Below are positions 17,177 through 25,313 of a stretch of 36,690 nt of DNA, piece after piece. The notes below the pieces were generated by a model, which worked only from the letters and a program-made list of their open reading frames with translations, had not been told where the DNA came from and searched no databases. The number at the start of each line of letters is the position of its first letter. Position 1 is the first letter of the stretch. Position numbers and translations under genes: made by a program. Origin of the DNA: Armatimonadota bacterium (GTDB taxonomy: Bacteria > Sysuimicrobiota > Sysuimicrobiia > Sysuimicrobiales > VGFF01); contig VGFF01000002.1 in the NCBI GenBank assembly GCA_016868955.1, positions 1 through 36,690 on the forward strand, written 5' to 3'.

Positions 17177-17380
17177 CTACTTCTTGTTGTAGGGAAGGAG
17201 CTTCTCGATCCGATCGGTGTCCGCCGGCGCGACCGCGATCGAAACGCGAAGGCTGCGACGCTGGCGCAACGTCTTCGCTTCCTTCAGGTGGGCACCGCCC
17301 TGCTTTCCGCGCCGCAGCTTGCCGGTACCCGTCGTCTTGATGCGCTTGCGTAGCCCTTGATGCGTCTTGACCTTCGGCAT
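17177..17380 (-). CDS. rpmI: 50S ribosomal protein L35
   Basis: MPKVKTHQGLRKRIKTTGTGK...HL..K...R.LR...LLPY, 67 aa, between infC and rplT. Confidence 0.95.
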   Translation of the reverse strand: MPKVKTHQGLRKRIKTTGTGKLRRGKQGGAHLKEAKTLRQRRSLRVSIAVAPADTDRIEKLLPYNKK

Positions 17381-17391
17381 AGGTTCCTCGC

Positions 17392-17919
17392 TTACTTCTT
17401 CGGATTCAACACCATCACCATGTTGCGGCCTTCCATCATCGGCGGGCGGTCCACCGCGGCGACTTCGGCCACGTACTCGGCGAGCCGATCGAGGATCAAC
17501 CGGCCGAGCTCGGGGTGAGCGTTCTCGCGGCCACGGAACCACATCTCGATCTTGACCTTGTGACCTTCCTCTAAGAACACGTAAATCATCTTGGATTTGG
17601 TCTGGAAGTCGTGCGCGCCGATCTTCGGTGTCAGCCGGATGCGCTTGATCTCCGACGATCGCGCCTTCTTCTGCGCGGCCCGGTCGCGCTTGCGCTGCTC
17701 GTACTTGAACCGCCCGTAGTCCATGATCTTGACGACGGGCGGGTTCGCTTGCGACGCGACCTCGACGAGATCGAGCGCGGCTGCCCGCGCCTTCTCCAGC
17801 GCTTCGGCCGTGGCGACCACGCCGATCTGCTCGCCCTCCGGGCCGATCAGCCGGACCTCCCGCACGCGGATCTTTTCGTTGATGCGGACACGTTCTGTGG
17901 CTCGCGAATCGCGATCTAT
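17392..17919 (-). CDS. infC: Translation initiation factor IF-3
   Basis: RINEKIR.REVRLI, LDLVEV....PPVVKIMDYG.FKY, KVK....FRGRE, MEGRNM. Probable non-canonical ATA start at 17919 behind GGGGGT. Confidence 0.96.
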   Translation of the reverse strand: MDRDSRATERVRINEKIRVREVRLIGPEGEQIGVVATAEALEKARAAALDLVEVASQANPPVVKIMDYGRFKYEQRKRDRAAQKKARSSEIKRIRLTPKIGAHDFQTKSKMIYVFLEEGHKVKIEMWFRGRENAHPELGRLILDRLAEYVAEVAAVDRPPMMEGRNMVMVLNPKK

Positions 17920-17939
17920 GCTACCTACCCCCAATTGGG

Positions 17940-18070
17940 CAAAAATGGAAGACGGACAGCGCAGGCCGCCCGTCTCGTCACAGCGAAAGCACCCGACAGA
18001 GGTGCCAGCGATTACCCGGCTGGCAGCCTCGTTGACGCGACCGGGTGAGAAGCAACGCTTCTGCTTTCAA
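17940..18070 (-). ncRNA. Ribosomal protein L20 leader (autoregulatory attenuator of infC-rpmI-rplT)
   Basis: Begins AAGCAGAAGC..GCTTCTCACC as in Firmicute L20 leaders and ends in terminator AGACGGGCGG-loop-CTGTCCGTCT-TCCATTTTT. Confidence 0.8.
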
Positions 18071-18079
18071 GGCCGGTAC

Positions 18080-18109
18080 ACGATATCACGCGCCGCGGGG
18101 GGGCGTCAA
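18080..18109 (-). promoter_or_regulatory. Sigma70-type promoter of the infC operon
   Basis: TTGACG-N18-TATCGT with an extended TG, immediately upstream of the L20 leader. Confidence 0.65.
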
Positions 18110-18163
18110 ACGCGCGGCTCGCACGGCTTCCGGAAGGTCGAGCGGGGGGTGACGCGGATCAAG

Positions 18164-18949
18164 ATGGCCACGAACCATGCGCCGCGAAGAATCCTGGAGC
18201 GGATCGGTGCTACCACCGAACAGCGTCTGGCCGAGGTCGGCGCCGCCGCGCTCGCCACGATCGATGTGCTGCGCTGGGTGTCGCGCGGCGCCATCGAGCC
18301 CCGGCAAACGGTGCGGCAGATGGCACGCGCCGGCCTGGACTCGCTTCCGATCATCCTCCTGACCGGCTTCTTCTCCGGCATGGTCCTCGCGCTGCAGACC
18401 GCAAGCCAGCTCTTGAGCCTCGGCAACGAGGGATTCCTCGGCGGCATCGTGGCAGTAGCGATGGCGCGGGAAGCCGGTCCTGTCTTCGCCGCGATCACGA
18501 TCGCCGCGCGCGTCGGCTCGGGATTCGCGGCCGAGATCAGCATGATGAAGGTCACCGAGCAGGTGGACGCATTGACGGTCATGGCGATCGACCCAGTCCG
18601 TTTCCTCGTCGTCCCGCGCGTCCTGGCGCTGGTGACCATGCTGCCGATGCTCGTGTTGTTGGCCGACATCTCGGGCATGATCGGCGGATACTTCGTCGGC
18701 TTGCCGCGCGGCGTCCCCGGTTCCGTGTTCCTGGACTCCGTGCGCCAGCTCCTCGCCCCGCACGACGTGACGGCGGGATTGATCAAGGCCGCCGTCTTCG
18801 GTCTCGTCGTGTCCATGGTCGCGTGTTACAAGGGGATGGCCGCGAGCGGCGGCGCCGACGGCGTCGGACGTGCGACGACGAGGGCCGTCGTCGCGGCGAT
18901 CTTCTTGATCCTCGTCACCAACTACTTCCTCGATCTCGTGATGTTCTAG
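18164..18949 (+). CDS. mlaE: MlaE/YrbE-family MCE ABC permease
   Basis: G.DSLPI....FSGMVLALQ, REAGPV......ARVGS...AEI..MKVTEQVDAL..MA.DP...LVVPR, GGADGVGRATT.AVV. Start taken at ATG 18164. Confidence 0.93.
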   Translation: MATNHAPRRILERIGATTEQRLAEVGAAALATIDVLRWVSRGAIEPRQTVRQMARAGLDSLPIILLTGFFSGMVLALQTASQLLSLGNEGFLGGIVAVAMAREAGPVFAAITIAARVGSGFAAEISMMKVTEQVDALTVMAIDPVRFLVVPRVLALVTMLPMLVLLADISGMIGGYFVGLPRGVPGSVFLDSVRQLLAPHDVTAGLIKAAVFGLVVSMVACYKGMAASGGADGVGRATTRAVVAAIFLILVTNYFLDLVMF

Positions 18950-18952
18950 CGC

Positions 18953-19777
18953 ATGCGGAGCCCCGCCGCCGTCCGGCATGCGGACGTGGCGATCACCGGC
19001 CGGATCGAGGTCCGCGATCTGCGGAAGCGGATCGGCGACAAGGACGTGCTGCGCGGCGTATCCCTCACGGTCGAAGCCGCGGAAACGGTCGTCATCCTCG
19101 GTCCCAGCGGCTGCGGCAAGAGCGTCTTGCTAAAGCACCTCGTCGGATTGCTCCGACCGGACACCGGCGAGGTCCGCTACGACGGCCACTCGCTGGCGGC
19201 GCTGTCGGAAGGCGCGATGGAGGCGTTGCGTACGCAAATCGGGATGGCTTTCCAGAGCTCGGCGCTCTTCGACTCGCTGACCGTCGCCGACAACGTGGCG
19301 TTTCCGCTGCACCGCCATCGCCACCTCGAGGAAACCGCGATCGAGCGGATCGTCGCCGAGAAGCTCGAACAGGTCGGGCTGGCAGGAACCGAACGGCTGA
19401 TGCCGGAGGAGCTCAGCAACGGCATGCGCAAGCGCGTTGGCATCGCGCGGGCATTGGCCCTGAATCCCAAGGTAATCTTCTATGATGAACCCACGGCCGG
19501 CCTCGATCCGGTGACGGCAAGAACCGTGGACGGAGTGCTGAAACGGGTGCAGCGAGACATGCACTCGACCGCCATCGTGGTTACGCACGACCTCATGACG
19601 GCGTTCTCGGTCGCCGACCGGATCGCCGTCATGCAGTCCGGCGCGTTCGTCGAGCTCGGAACGCCCGAAGCGATCGAGGCGTCCGAGGACGAAGCCGTCG
19701 TCGAGTACCTGCGCACCGGCGTCCCGCGCCGCCCTCGGGACGCCGGCAATACGACAGGCCCGGAGGCCGGACGATGA
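18953..19777 (+). CDS. mlaF: MlaF-family MCE ABC ATP-binding protein
   Basis: Walker A GPSGCGKS, FQSSALFDSLTV.DNV, signature LSNGMRKR, YDEPTAGLDP, VTHD. The exact start is uncertain. Confidence 0.92.
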   Translation: MRSPAAVRHADVAITGRIEVRDLRKRIGDKDVLRGVSLTVEAAETVVILGPSGCGKSVLLKHLVGLLRPDTGEVRYDGHSLAALSEGAMEALRTQIGMAFQSSALFDSLTVADNVAFPLHRHRHLEETAIERIVAEKLEQVGLAGTERLMPEELSNGMRKRVGIARALALNPKVIFYDEPTAGLDPVTARTVDGVLKRVQRDMHSTAIVVTHDLMTAFSVADRIAVMQSGAFVELGTPEAIEASEDEAVVEYLRTGVPRRPRDAGNTTGPEAGR

Positions 19778-21141
19778 GAACGGAAGCGAAGATCGGCTTC
19801 TTCGTCGTGATCGCGGTGATCCTCTTCCTTGGACTGTTCGCGTTCCTCGGTCGAGGTCTGCTCCAAGAGCCGGGTTACCGTCTGGACATCCTGTTCGCGA
19901 ACGGCGAGGGCACCGCGCCCGGCGCACCGGTCACGATGGCGGGCGTGCAGATCGGCACGATCCGGTCGATATCTCTGACTGCCGACAACCAAGTGCTCGT
20001 CGTCGCGCGCGTCCGCCCCGGCGTCGAGATCCCCGTCGGGTCCCGGTTTCTCATCGGTTCGACGACGCTGCTCGGCGGGCGCACCGTGCAGATCGTGCCG
20101 GGCACGCCGATCCGCGGCTACTATAGCGCCGGCGCCCGCATCCGCGGCGAGGTGCCGCCGACGATCGGCCAGCTCTTCGAACGCGTCGCCCTCGTCGCCG
20201 ACGACCTTCGCGACGCGATCGCCGACGCGCGCGTCGTGTTGAACACCACCAATCGCGCCGTCGAATTGGTCGGGCGAACGATCGACTCCGTGAACGCCTT
20301 GGCCAGCGACGAACGCCTGCGCAGGTCGCTGCTGCGCAGCGTGCAAAACGTCGAAGCCGCGACGGCCCGCTTCGATCGGATCGTCTCGTGGACGGGCGCG
20401 CCCGTCCACGAGACCGCCGAGAACTTCCGCGTCATGTCGCGGGACCTGGCCGCTCTGGCGGCTCAGCTGCAGCGATTCGGAGATTCGGTCGTCGGCGACG
20501 GCGAGGTATCGCGCCAGATCCGCACGACGGTGACGTCGATCGAGTCGACGGCGCGGCGCATCGACGAGATGACGCGCACGCTGCAGGCAGGCCTGATCAA
20601 TGAGAAGCAGATGGGCGAGGTACGGGGGCTCATCGCCGACACTCGCAAGACCGTGCAGCAGGCCGGCGAGACGTTGAAGCAAGCCGACACGGCGATCGAT
20701 CAGGTCGCCGGCGTGGTCCGGCACACGACGACAGCGATCCCCATGTTGCCGAGCCTGCGGTTCACGTACGAGCTGTGGTGGGACAGCGCCAGCGCCCTAC
20801 GGCACGACATCGACGTCTGGGGCGCACGCGGTCAGCCGCGCTACTACCGGTTCGGGATCCACGACCTCGGGCGCGGGAACTTGCTGCAGGTCCAAGCCGG
20901 ATTCCGGCTGGACGATGCGCTCGGATGGCGGCTCGGCATCGTCGACTCGCAAGTGGGCATCGGCCTGGACTACCAACTCGCGCCGCGGTGGACGACCATT
21001 TTGGACTTGTACAACTTCAACCGCCTGACGCTGAACTTCGCTTCGTTCTACGAGTTCCAGCAAGGGTTCTCGCTGTCGCTGCACGTGCGCAACATCCTCA
21101 TCGCGCCGAGCGTCGGCGTCGGGCTGCAGTACCGCTACTAG
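19774..21141 (+). CDS. mlaD: MCE/MlaD protein with long helical stalk and C-terminal beta-strand (barrel-like) domain
   Basis: EAKIG.F N-terminal TM; MCE domain (F....G...GAPV.MAGV.IG.I; LLGG..V.IVPG); about 200 aa of heptad-rich helix; about 130 aa of amphipathic strands ending GVGLQYRY. Confidence 0.88.
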   Translation: MRTEAKIGFFVVIAVILFLGLFAFLGRGLLQEPGYRLDILFANGEGTAPGAPVTMAGVQIGTIRSISLTADNQVLVVARVRPGVEIPVGSRFLIGSTTLLGGRTVQIVPGTPIRGYYSAGARIRGEVPPTIGQLFERVALVADDLRDAIADARVVLNTTNRAVELVGRTIDSVNALASDERLRRSLLRSVQNVEAATARFDRIVSWTGAPVHETAENFRVMSRDLAALAAQLQRFGDSVVGDGEVSRQIRTTVTSIESTARRIDEMTRTLQAGLINEKQMGEVRGLIADTRKTVQQAGETLKQADTAIDQVAGVVRHTTTAIPMLPSLRFTYELWWDSASALRHDIDVWGARGQPRYYRFGIHDLGRGNLLQVQAGFRLDDALGWRLGIVDSQVGIGLDYQLAPRWTTILDLYNFNRLTLNFASFYEFQQGFSLSLHVRNILIAPSVGVGLQYRY

Positions 21142-21160
21142 CCGGGCAGGCGGCGCAGCG

Positions 21161-21199
21161 AAAAAACGCGACGGCCCCGCGTTGCCGCGGGGCCGTCGC
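21161..21199 (-). terminator. Intrinsic terminator for the minus-strand small basic gene
   Basis: 14-bp perfect stem (21168-21181/21186-21199), GCAA tetraloop on the minus strand, followed by GTTTTTT. Confidence 0.88.
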
Positions 21200-21223
21200 A
21201 ACCGATCCGTCAGGAAGAAGGTG

Positions 21224-21321
21224 TTACTTCTTCTTCTTGGCGGGGGCCTTCTTCGCCGTCGTCTTCTTGGCGGAGGTGGACTTCTTGCGGGGGCCTTCTT
21301 GGCCGCCTTCTTCATCGCCAT
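21224..21321 (-). CDS. 32-aa histone H1-like Lys/Ala-rich microprotein, frameshifted by one missing base near 21287
   Basis: AAAGGAGG RBS, ATG 21321, TAA 21226-21224, terminator downstream. Restoring one C gives MAMKKAAKKAPAKKSTSAKKTTAKKAPAKKKK*; the span is 98 nt instead of 99. Confidence 0.75.
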
Positions 21322-21449
21322 GGCTCGGTTCCTCCTTTCAACAAGATTGATTGATCTTTTACGCTACAGTAAGCAAATTTCCTGCTCCTCGCGCAAAAAC
21401 TTTTATTTGCCACCTCGAAATTCGCCCGGTCACTGTCGCGGGACTCGAT

Positions 21450-21821
21450 TCACTCCGGTGCGTCCGGCAAACGAGCGGCGTGATACATCGCGATGCCGCG
21501 ACCGGCGACCGCCGACGACAGGTACCCGAGCACGAACAGGAAGATCGCTTTCATCAAGAGCTGCAGGCTCACGTTCAGATCGGACGCTGCGGCGTTCGCG
21601 TTCTCACTCGGCACCGGCGAGGTCGCCGTCGGCACACCCAAGCGCGCCATCGCCGGTCCACTGAATTCCTGGTACGCAGTGAGGAACACGAAGATGAGCA
21701 GCCCCACGCCGATCACGAAGACGAGCAGCCCCAGCAGACGTCCCGGGCCATCCGCCCCTCCACGGTCGCCGTTCCCCGCGCCTTGAGGCCTCGTCGCTAC
21801 GTCGTCCACGCACCTCTCCAC
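21450..21821 (-). CDS. Hypothetical two-TM membrane protein
   Basis: Two hydrophobic helices (LLGLLVFVIGVGLLIFVFL; LLMKAIFLFVLGYLSSAVAGRGI). Start is GTG 21821 or GTG 21809. Confidence 0.7.
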   Translation of the reverse strand: MERCVDDVATRPQGAGNGDRGGADGPGRLLGLLVFVIGVGLLIFVFLTAYQEFSGPAMARLGVPTATSPVPSENANAAASDLNVSLQLLMKAIFLFVLGYLSSAVAGRGIAMYHAARLPDAPE

Positions 21822-21825
21822 TTTC

Positions 21826-22629
21826 CTACTCCGCGCGCGCGCCGTCCAACGCGCGTGGACAAAGCGGACACGTGTTGTGCTCGGGCAACTGCCGAATCGC
21901 CTCGAGCAGCAGTCCTCTGACCTTCGTGATGTTGGCCGTGAATTGAGCCATCACCTCATGATGGCTCACCGGCTTCGCGCCGGGATCCCCCTCGACGCCG
22001 ACGTCATAGTCGGTCACGAGCCCGATGTTCGCGTAGCAGATCGCGAGCTCGCGCGCCAGCGCCGCCTCGGGATACTGCGTCATGTTGATCGTCTCCCAGC
22101 CCTGTGCGCCGAACCACTTGCTCTCCGACCGGGTCGAGAACCGCGGCCCTTGGATGACGACGACCGTCCCGCGCTCGTGCACCGTCAGTCCTTGCCCGCG
22201 CGCGACCTCGCAGAGCAGCGGGCGCAACGTCGGGCAATAGGGATCCGCCATGCTGACGTGCGTGGTCACCGGGCCGTCGTAGAACGTGTCGCGGCGGCCG
22301 GTCGTGCGGTCGACGAACTGATCGGTGATGACGAAGTCCCCCGGCTTCACGTCCGGCCGCAAGCTGCCGACGGAGGTCGGGCCGATGATCCACTTCACGC
22401 CGAGCGCGCGCATCGCCCAGAGGTTGGCGCGGTAGTTGATGACGTGGGCCGGGAACCGATGATCCCGTCCGTGCCGAGGCAAGAATGCGACGCGCCGCGA
22501 TCCGACCCGACCGATGGTCACACGATCACTGGGGAGACCGTACGGCGTCTCGATCCAATGCTCTTCGACGTCCTCCAAGAACGAATAGAAGCCGGAACCT
22601 CCGAAGACTCCGACGTCCGCATGAGGCAA
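21826..22629 (-). CDS. mtnP: S-methyl-5'-thioadenosine phosphorylase (PNP/MTAP family)
   Basis: GVFGGSGFY, ETPYG.PSD, FLPRHG..H, INYRANLWA, DQFVDRT, QGPRFSTRSES, NMT.YPEA.LAREL, VTDYD. TTG start at 22629 after GGGAGG. Confidence 0.93.
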   Translation of the reverse strand: MPHADVGVFGGSGFYSFLEDVEEHWIETPYGLPSDRVTIGRVGSRRVAFLPRHGRDHRFPAHVINYRANLWAMRALGVKWIIGPTSVGSLRPDVKPGDFVITDQFVDRTTGRRDTFYDGPVTTHVSMADPYCPTLRPLLCEVARGQGLTVHERGTVVVIQGPRFSTRSESKWFGAQGWETINMTQYPEAALARELAICYANIGLVTDYDVGVEGDPGAKPVSHHEVMAQFTANITKVRGLLLEAIRQLPEHNTCPLCPRALDGARAE

Positions 22630-22649
22630 GTTGTCCCTCCCTTTAGTGT

Positions 22650-25313
22650 TTATTCCTTGCGCGATTGTCTGAGCCGAGCGATATAGAGCCGCGCCAGCTC
22701 GTCCGTCGACGCGCTGCGCGTTTGCTCGGCGGTGGGTTTCCAGCGATCGGCTTCCGCATACATCGAGTCCGCGGCGTCGGGACCTCGGCGCAACCGGCGG
22801 CGCAGCGCCTCGACCGAGGCCGCCGCCGCCGGCAGGCGCCGCACCGTGACCTCGGCTAAGAAGGCCACCGCGGCCGCGCTCAGCAGCCACGGCCAGGTTT
22901 CCCGCATGTCGCGCGCGCCGCGGGCCCGCTTCAGCGCGTCCGCGGCGCGCGACAGCACCTCGCCTCCGGTCATTTCGGCGATGCTTCCGAGCAAGCCGCC
23001 GTCGCTCTCCGTATCACGCAGCTCAGGCGAGTAGCTGAGGACGACCGGCTCATGTGTTCGCGCGACGACGCGCGCACCGGCTCGCGCCGTCACCGCCACA
23101 GAATATTCGCCCGGCCGCTCCAGCGTCGCCCGCCCCTCGTACCACCCCGGACCGGTCTGGCGAAGCTCGACCGGCTGCTCGAAGCGTCCGACAACCGTGG
23201 CCTCCATCTTCAATCCGTCGAGGAAGTCGCCGGCCGCGTCACGCGCGTCGACGGCGACGCGAACCGATGCCCCCTGCAGTTCCGTGCGCACGTCGAGCGT
23301 GCCTGTCCGCGACCGTATGGCCCAACGGACGGTTTGCGACCAGAAGTGCGCGAAGTCCTTCCAAGTCATCCAGTCGGCGGCCCAACGCGGCACGGCGTCG
23401 GAGGTGAACGCGACCGCGCGCCCGAGGCCGTATTGCCAAGATACGAGGATCGGATCCCGCTGCGCCGATCGCAGGTGCACCTCGGCGGCCGGCTTCGCGC
23501 TGGCCGCGATGTAGCCGCGCAACGCCGGCACCGCCGGAATCGTCCCCAGCAGCTCGGTGTTCAACCGCACCGGCTGAAACTTCTCCTCGACGATGTAGGA
23601 TCGCGTCGCAATCAGCGCTTCGGCCGTGAAGATCTGCGGCACGCTGTAGTCGTCGAGGGCGTGGTAGTGACGGCCGCCGCCCCACTCCGCGAGCTTCTTC
23701 ATGAACCTCAGGTCCGCGTCCTTGCCGATCGACACCGCGCTGAGCGTCATCTGCTCGGAGCGCATCTGCCGCACCAAGCGCTCGAACTCGCCGGGATCGG
23801 TCAACCCGTCCGACAGCGCGATGTTGTGCTTGATCTTGATGTTGAGCGGCGCCAGCGCTTCGTAGGCCGCGCTCAGCGGCGGATACATCTCCGTGCCGCC
23901 GCCGGCCCGCAGGCGCGAGACCTGATCGAGGATCTGCTGGCGGTTGCGCGCCGCCGTCAGCGGTACGAGCCACTTGTAGCTCTGGTCGAAGGTGATCACG
24001 CCGATCAGGTCGCGCTCGCTGAGCAGATCGACGACCGAGCGCGCGGTTTCCTTCGCGAGCTCGACCTTGGCCGTCTCCTGACCCAATTTTCCCATGCTGC
24101 CCGACTCGTCGATCAGCAGGATGATCGCCGTGCTCGGCAGCGCGACGCGCTGCCGGATGTCCATCGACACCGGCAGTGCTTGCTCGAGCGCCGTGCCGGC
24201 GTAGCCGCCGACACCGAAGGAATTCGGTCCGCCGATCGCCACCAGGCCGCCGCCCAGATCGGCGACGTACCGCCGCAGCGCCTCCATCTGTCCCCGAGAC
24301 AACGTCGTCGCCGGCACGTTGTCGAGAACGACCGCGTCGTAGCGGTTCAGCTCCGAGATCGTACCCGGCAGGCCGTCGGCCGTGACGCGCTCGACGCGCA
24401 GACCCTGCGCCGCCAGGACCTCTGGCAATCGCCCGTCGCCCGCGTACAAGATCACCGGCGCACCGAGGACGCGCACGACGGCACGTCCGACGCAGTTCTC
24501 GCGGACGGTGTCCTGCGCCGCTTCGAGGGACGCTTGCAGCTGGATCCAGCCGCCGCCGGCGGCGGTCACTTGGAATGGCACGGACAATGCGCCGGCCGGC
24601 AGCGACACGCGTTGCCGTCCCCAAGAACGCCCGCCGGCCGACAGCTCGACGAACGCCGGCTGCGCGACGGTCGAGCGAACGATGACATTGACGTCGAATT
24701 TCTCGCCGGCACCGACGCGCGGCGGCGCAACGACGCTGTCGACGAGCACCTCCGGCTGGCGCTCGCGCAGCAGCGGCAGGACCGAGATCTCCACGCCGGC
24801 TGCGCGCGCCGCCTTCGCGGCCTCCAAGGCATTGCCGCGGTGATCGTTGCCGTCGCTGACGACGACGATGCGGCGACCGCCGTCAGGCGGCAGCGACGAC
24901 AGCGCACGCTCGATCGCCGCGCCGATGTCCGTGTCGATCGACTTCGGCCGCAGCGACGACTGCAACCGCGCATCCTCCGACGGCACGTGCTCGACGACGG
25001 CGTCGCCGCCGAAGCTGACGAGGCCGAGGCGATCGCCCGGCCGGCGCGCGCGCTGCGCTTCCTCGAGGAACTGCTCGGTGCGCGCCCACTGCGCCGGCGA
25101 GACGCTGTCCGATCGATCGACGGCGAAGACGACGTTCAGGCGCGTCGCGGGCGCGGCCACGTGCTGGCCGGACAAACCGACGATCGCGAGCGCCAGCGCC
25201 GCCAAGCGGAACGGCAGCACAGTCGCGGCGCCACGGACGCGGCGGCTGGCGCGGGCGAGAAACGGCAACCCGATGAGCAGCAGCAGCGCGATCGGCCAAT
25301 CGAACCGGATCAC
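22650..25313 (-). CDS. Large membrane protein with two VWA domains, Ig-like and class I glutamine-amidotransferase-like domains
   Basis: N-terminal BatA-like TMs; MIDAS DRSDS and DESGS; YDAVVL.NVPA..LS..QM..L..YV...GGGLV.IGG; YGLGR.VAFTSD...WA..W..W; C-terminal TM. GTG start overlaps the upstream stop. Confidence 0.85.
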   Translation of the reverse strand: MIRFDWPIALLLLIGLPFLARASRRVRGAATVLPFRLAALALAIVGLSGQHVAAPATRLNVVFAVDRSDSVSPAQWARTEQFLEEAQRARRPGDRLGLVSFGGDAVVEHVPSEDARLQSSLRPKSIDTDIGAAIERALSSLPPDGGRRIVVVSDGNDHRGNALEAAKAARAAGVEISVLPLLRERQPEVLVDSVVAPPRVGAGEKFDVNVIVRSTVAQPAFVELSAGGRSWGRQRVSLPAGALSVPFQVTAAGGGWIQLQASLEAAQDTVRENCVGRAVVRVLGAPVILYAGDGRLPEVLAAQGLRVERVTADGLPGTISELNRYDAVVLDNVPATTLSRGQMEALRRYVADLGGGLVAIGGPNSFGVGGYAGTALEQALPVSMDIRQRVALPSTAIILLIDESGSMGKLGQETAKVELAKETARSVVDLLSERDLIGVITFDQSYKWLVPLTAARNRQQILDQVSRLRAGGGTEMYPPLSAAYEALAPLNIKIKHNIALSDGLTDPGEFERLVRQMRSEQMTLSAVSIGKDADLRFMKKLAEWGGGRHYHALDDYSVPQIFTAEALIATRSYIVEEKFQPVRLNTELLGTIPAVPALRGYIAASAKPAAEVHLRSAQRDPILVSWQYGLGRAVAFTSDAVPRWAADWMTWKDFAHFWSQTVRWAIRSRTGTLDVRTELQGASVRVAVDARDAAGDFLDGLKMEATVVGRFEQPVELRQTGPGWYEGRATLERPGEYSVAVTARAGARVVARTHEPVVLSYSPELRDTESDGGLLGSIAEMTGGEVLSRAADALKRARGARDMRETWPWLLSAAAVAFLAEVTVRRLPAAAASVEALRRRLRRGPDAADSMYAEADRWKPTAEQTRSASTDELARLYIARLRQSRKE

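Noticed and set aside
19412-19435. MlaF ABC signature LSNGM instead of LSGGM
   Set aside because: It is a single substitution with Walker A/B, D-loop and H-loop intact, which is not enough to claim altered function.
20797-21321. 174-aa minus-strand ORF starting MAMKKAAKK
   Set aside because: It is the out-of-frame continuation of the frameshifted microprotein; it crosses a strong terminator and runs antisense into mlaD.
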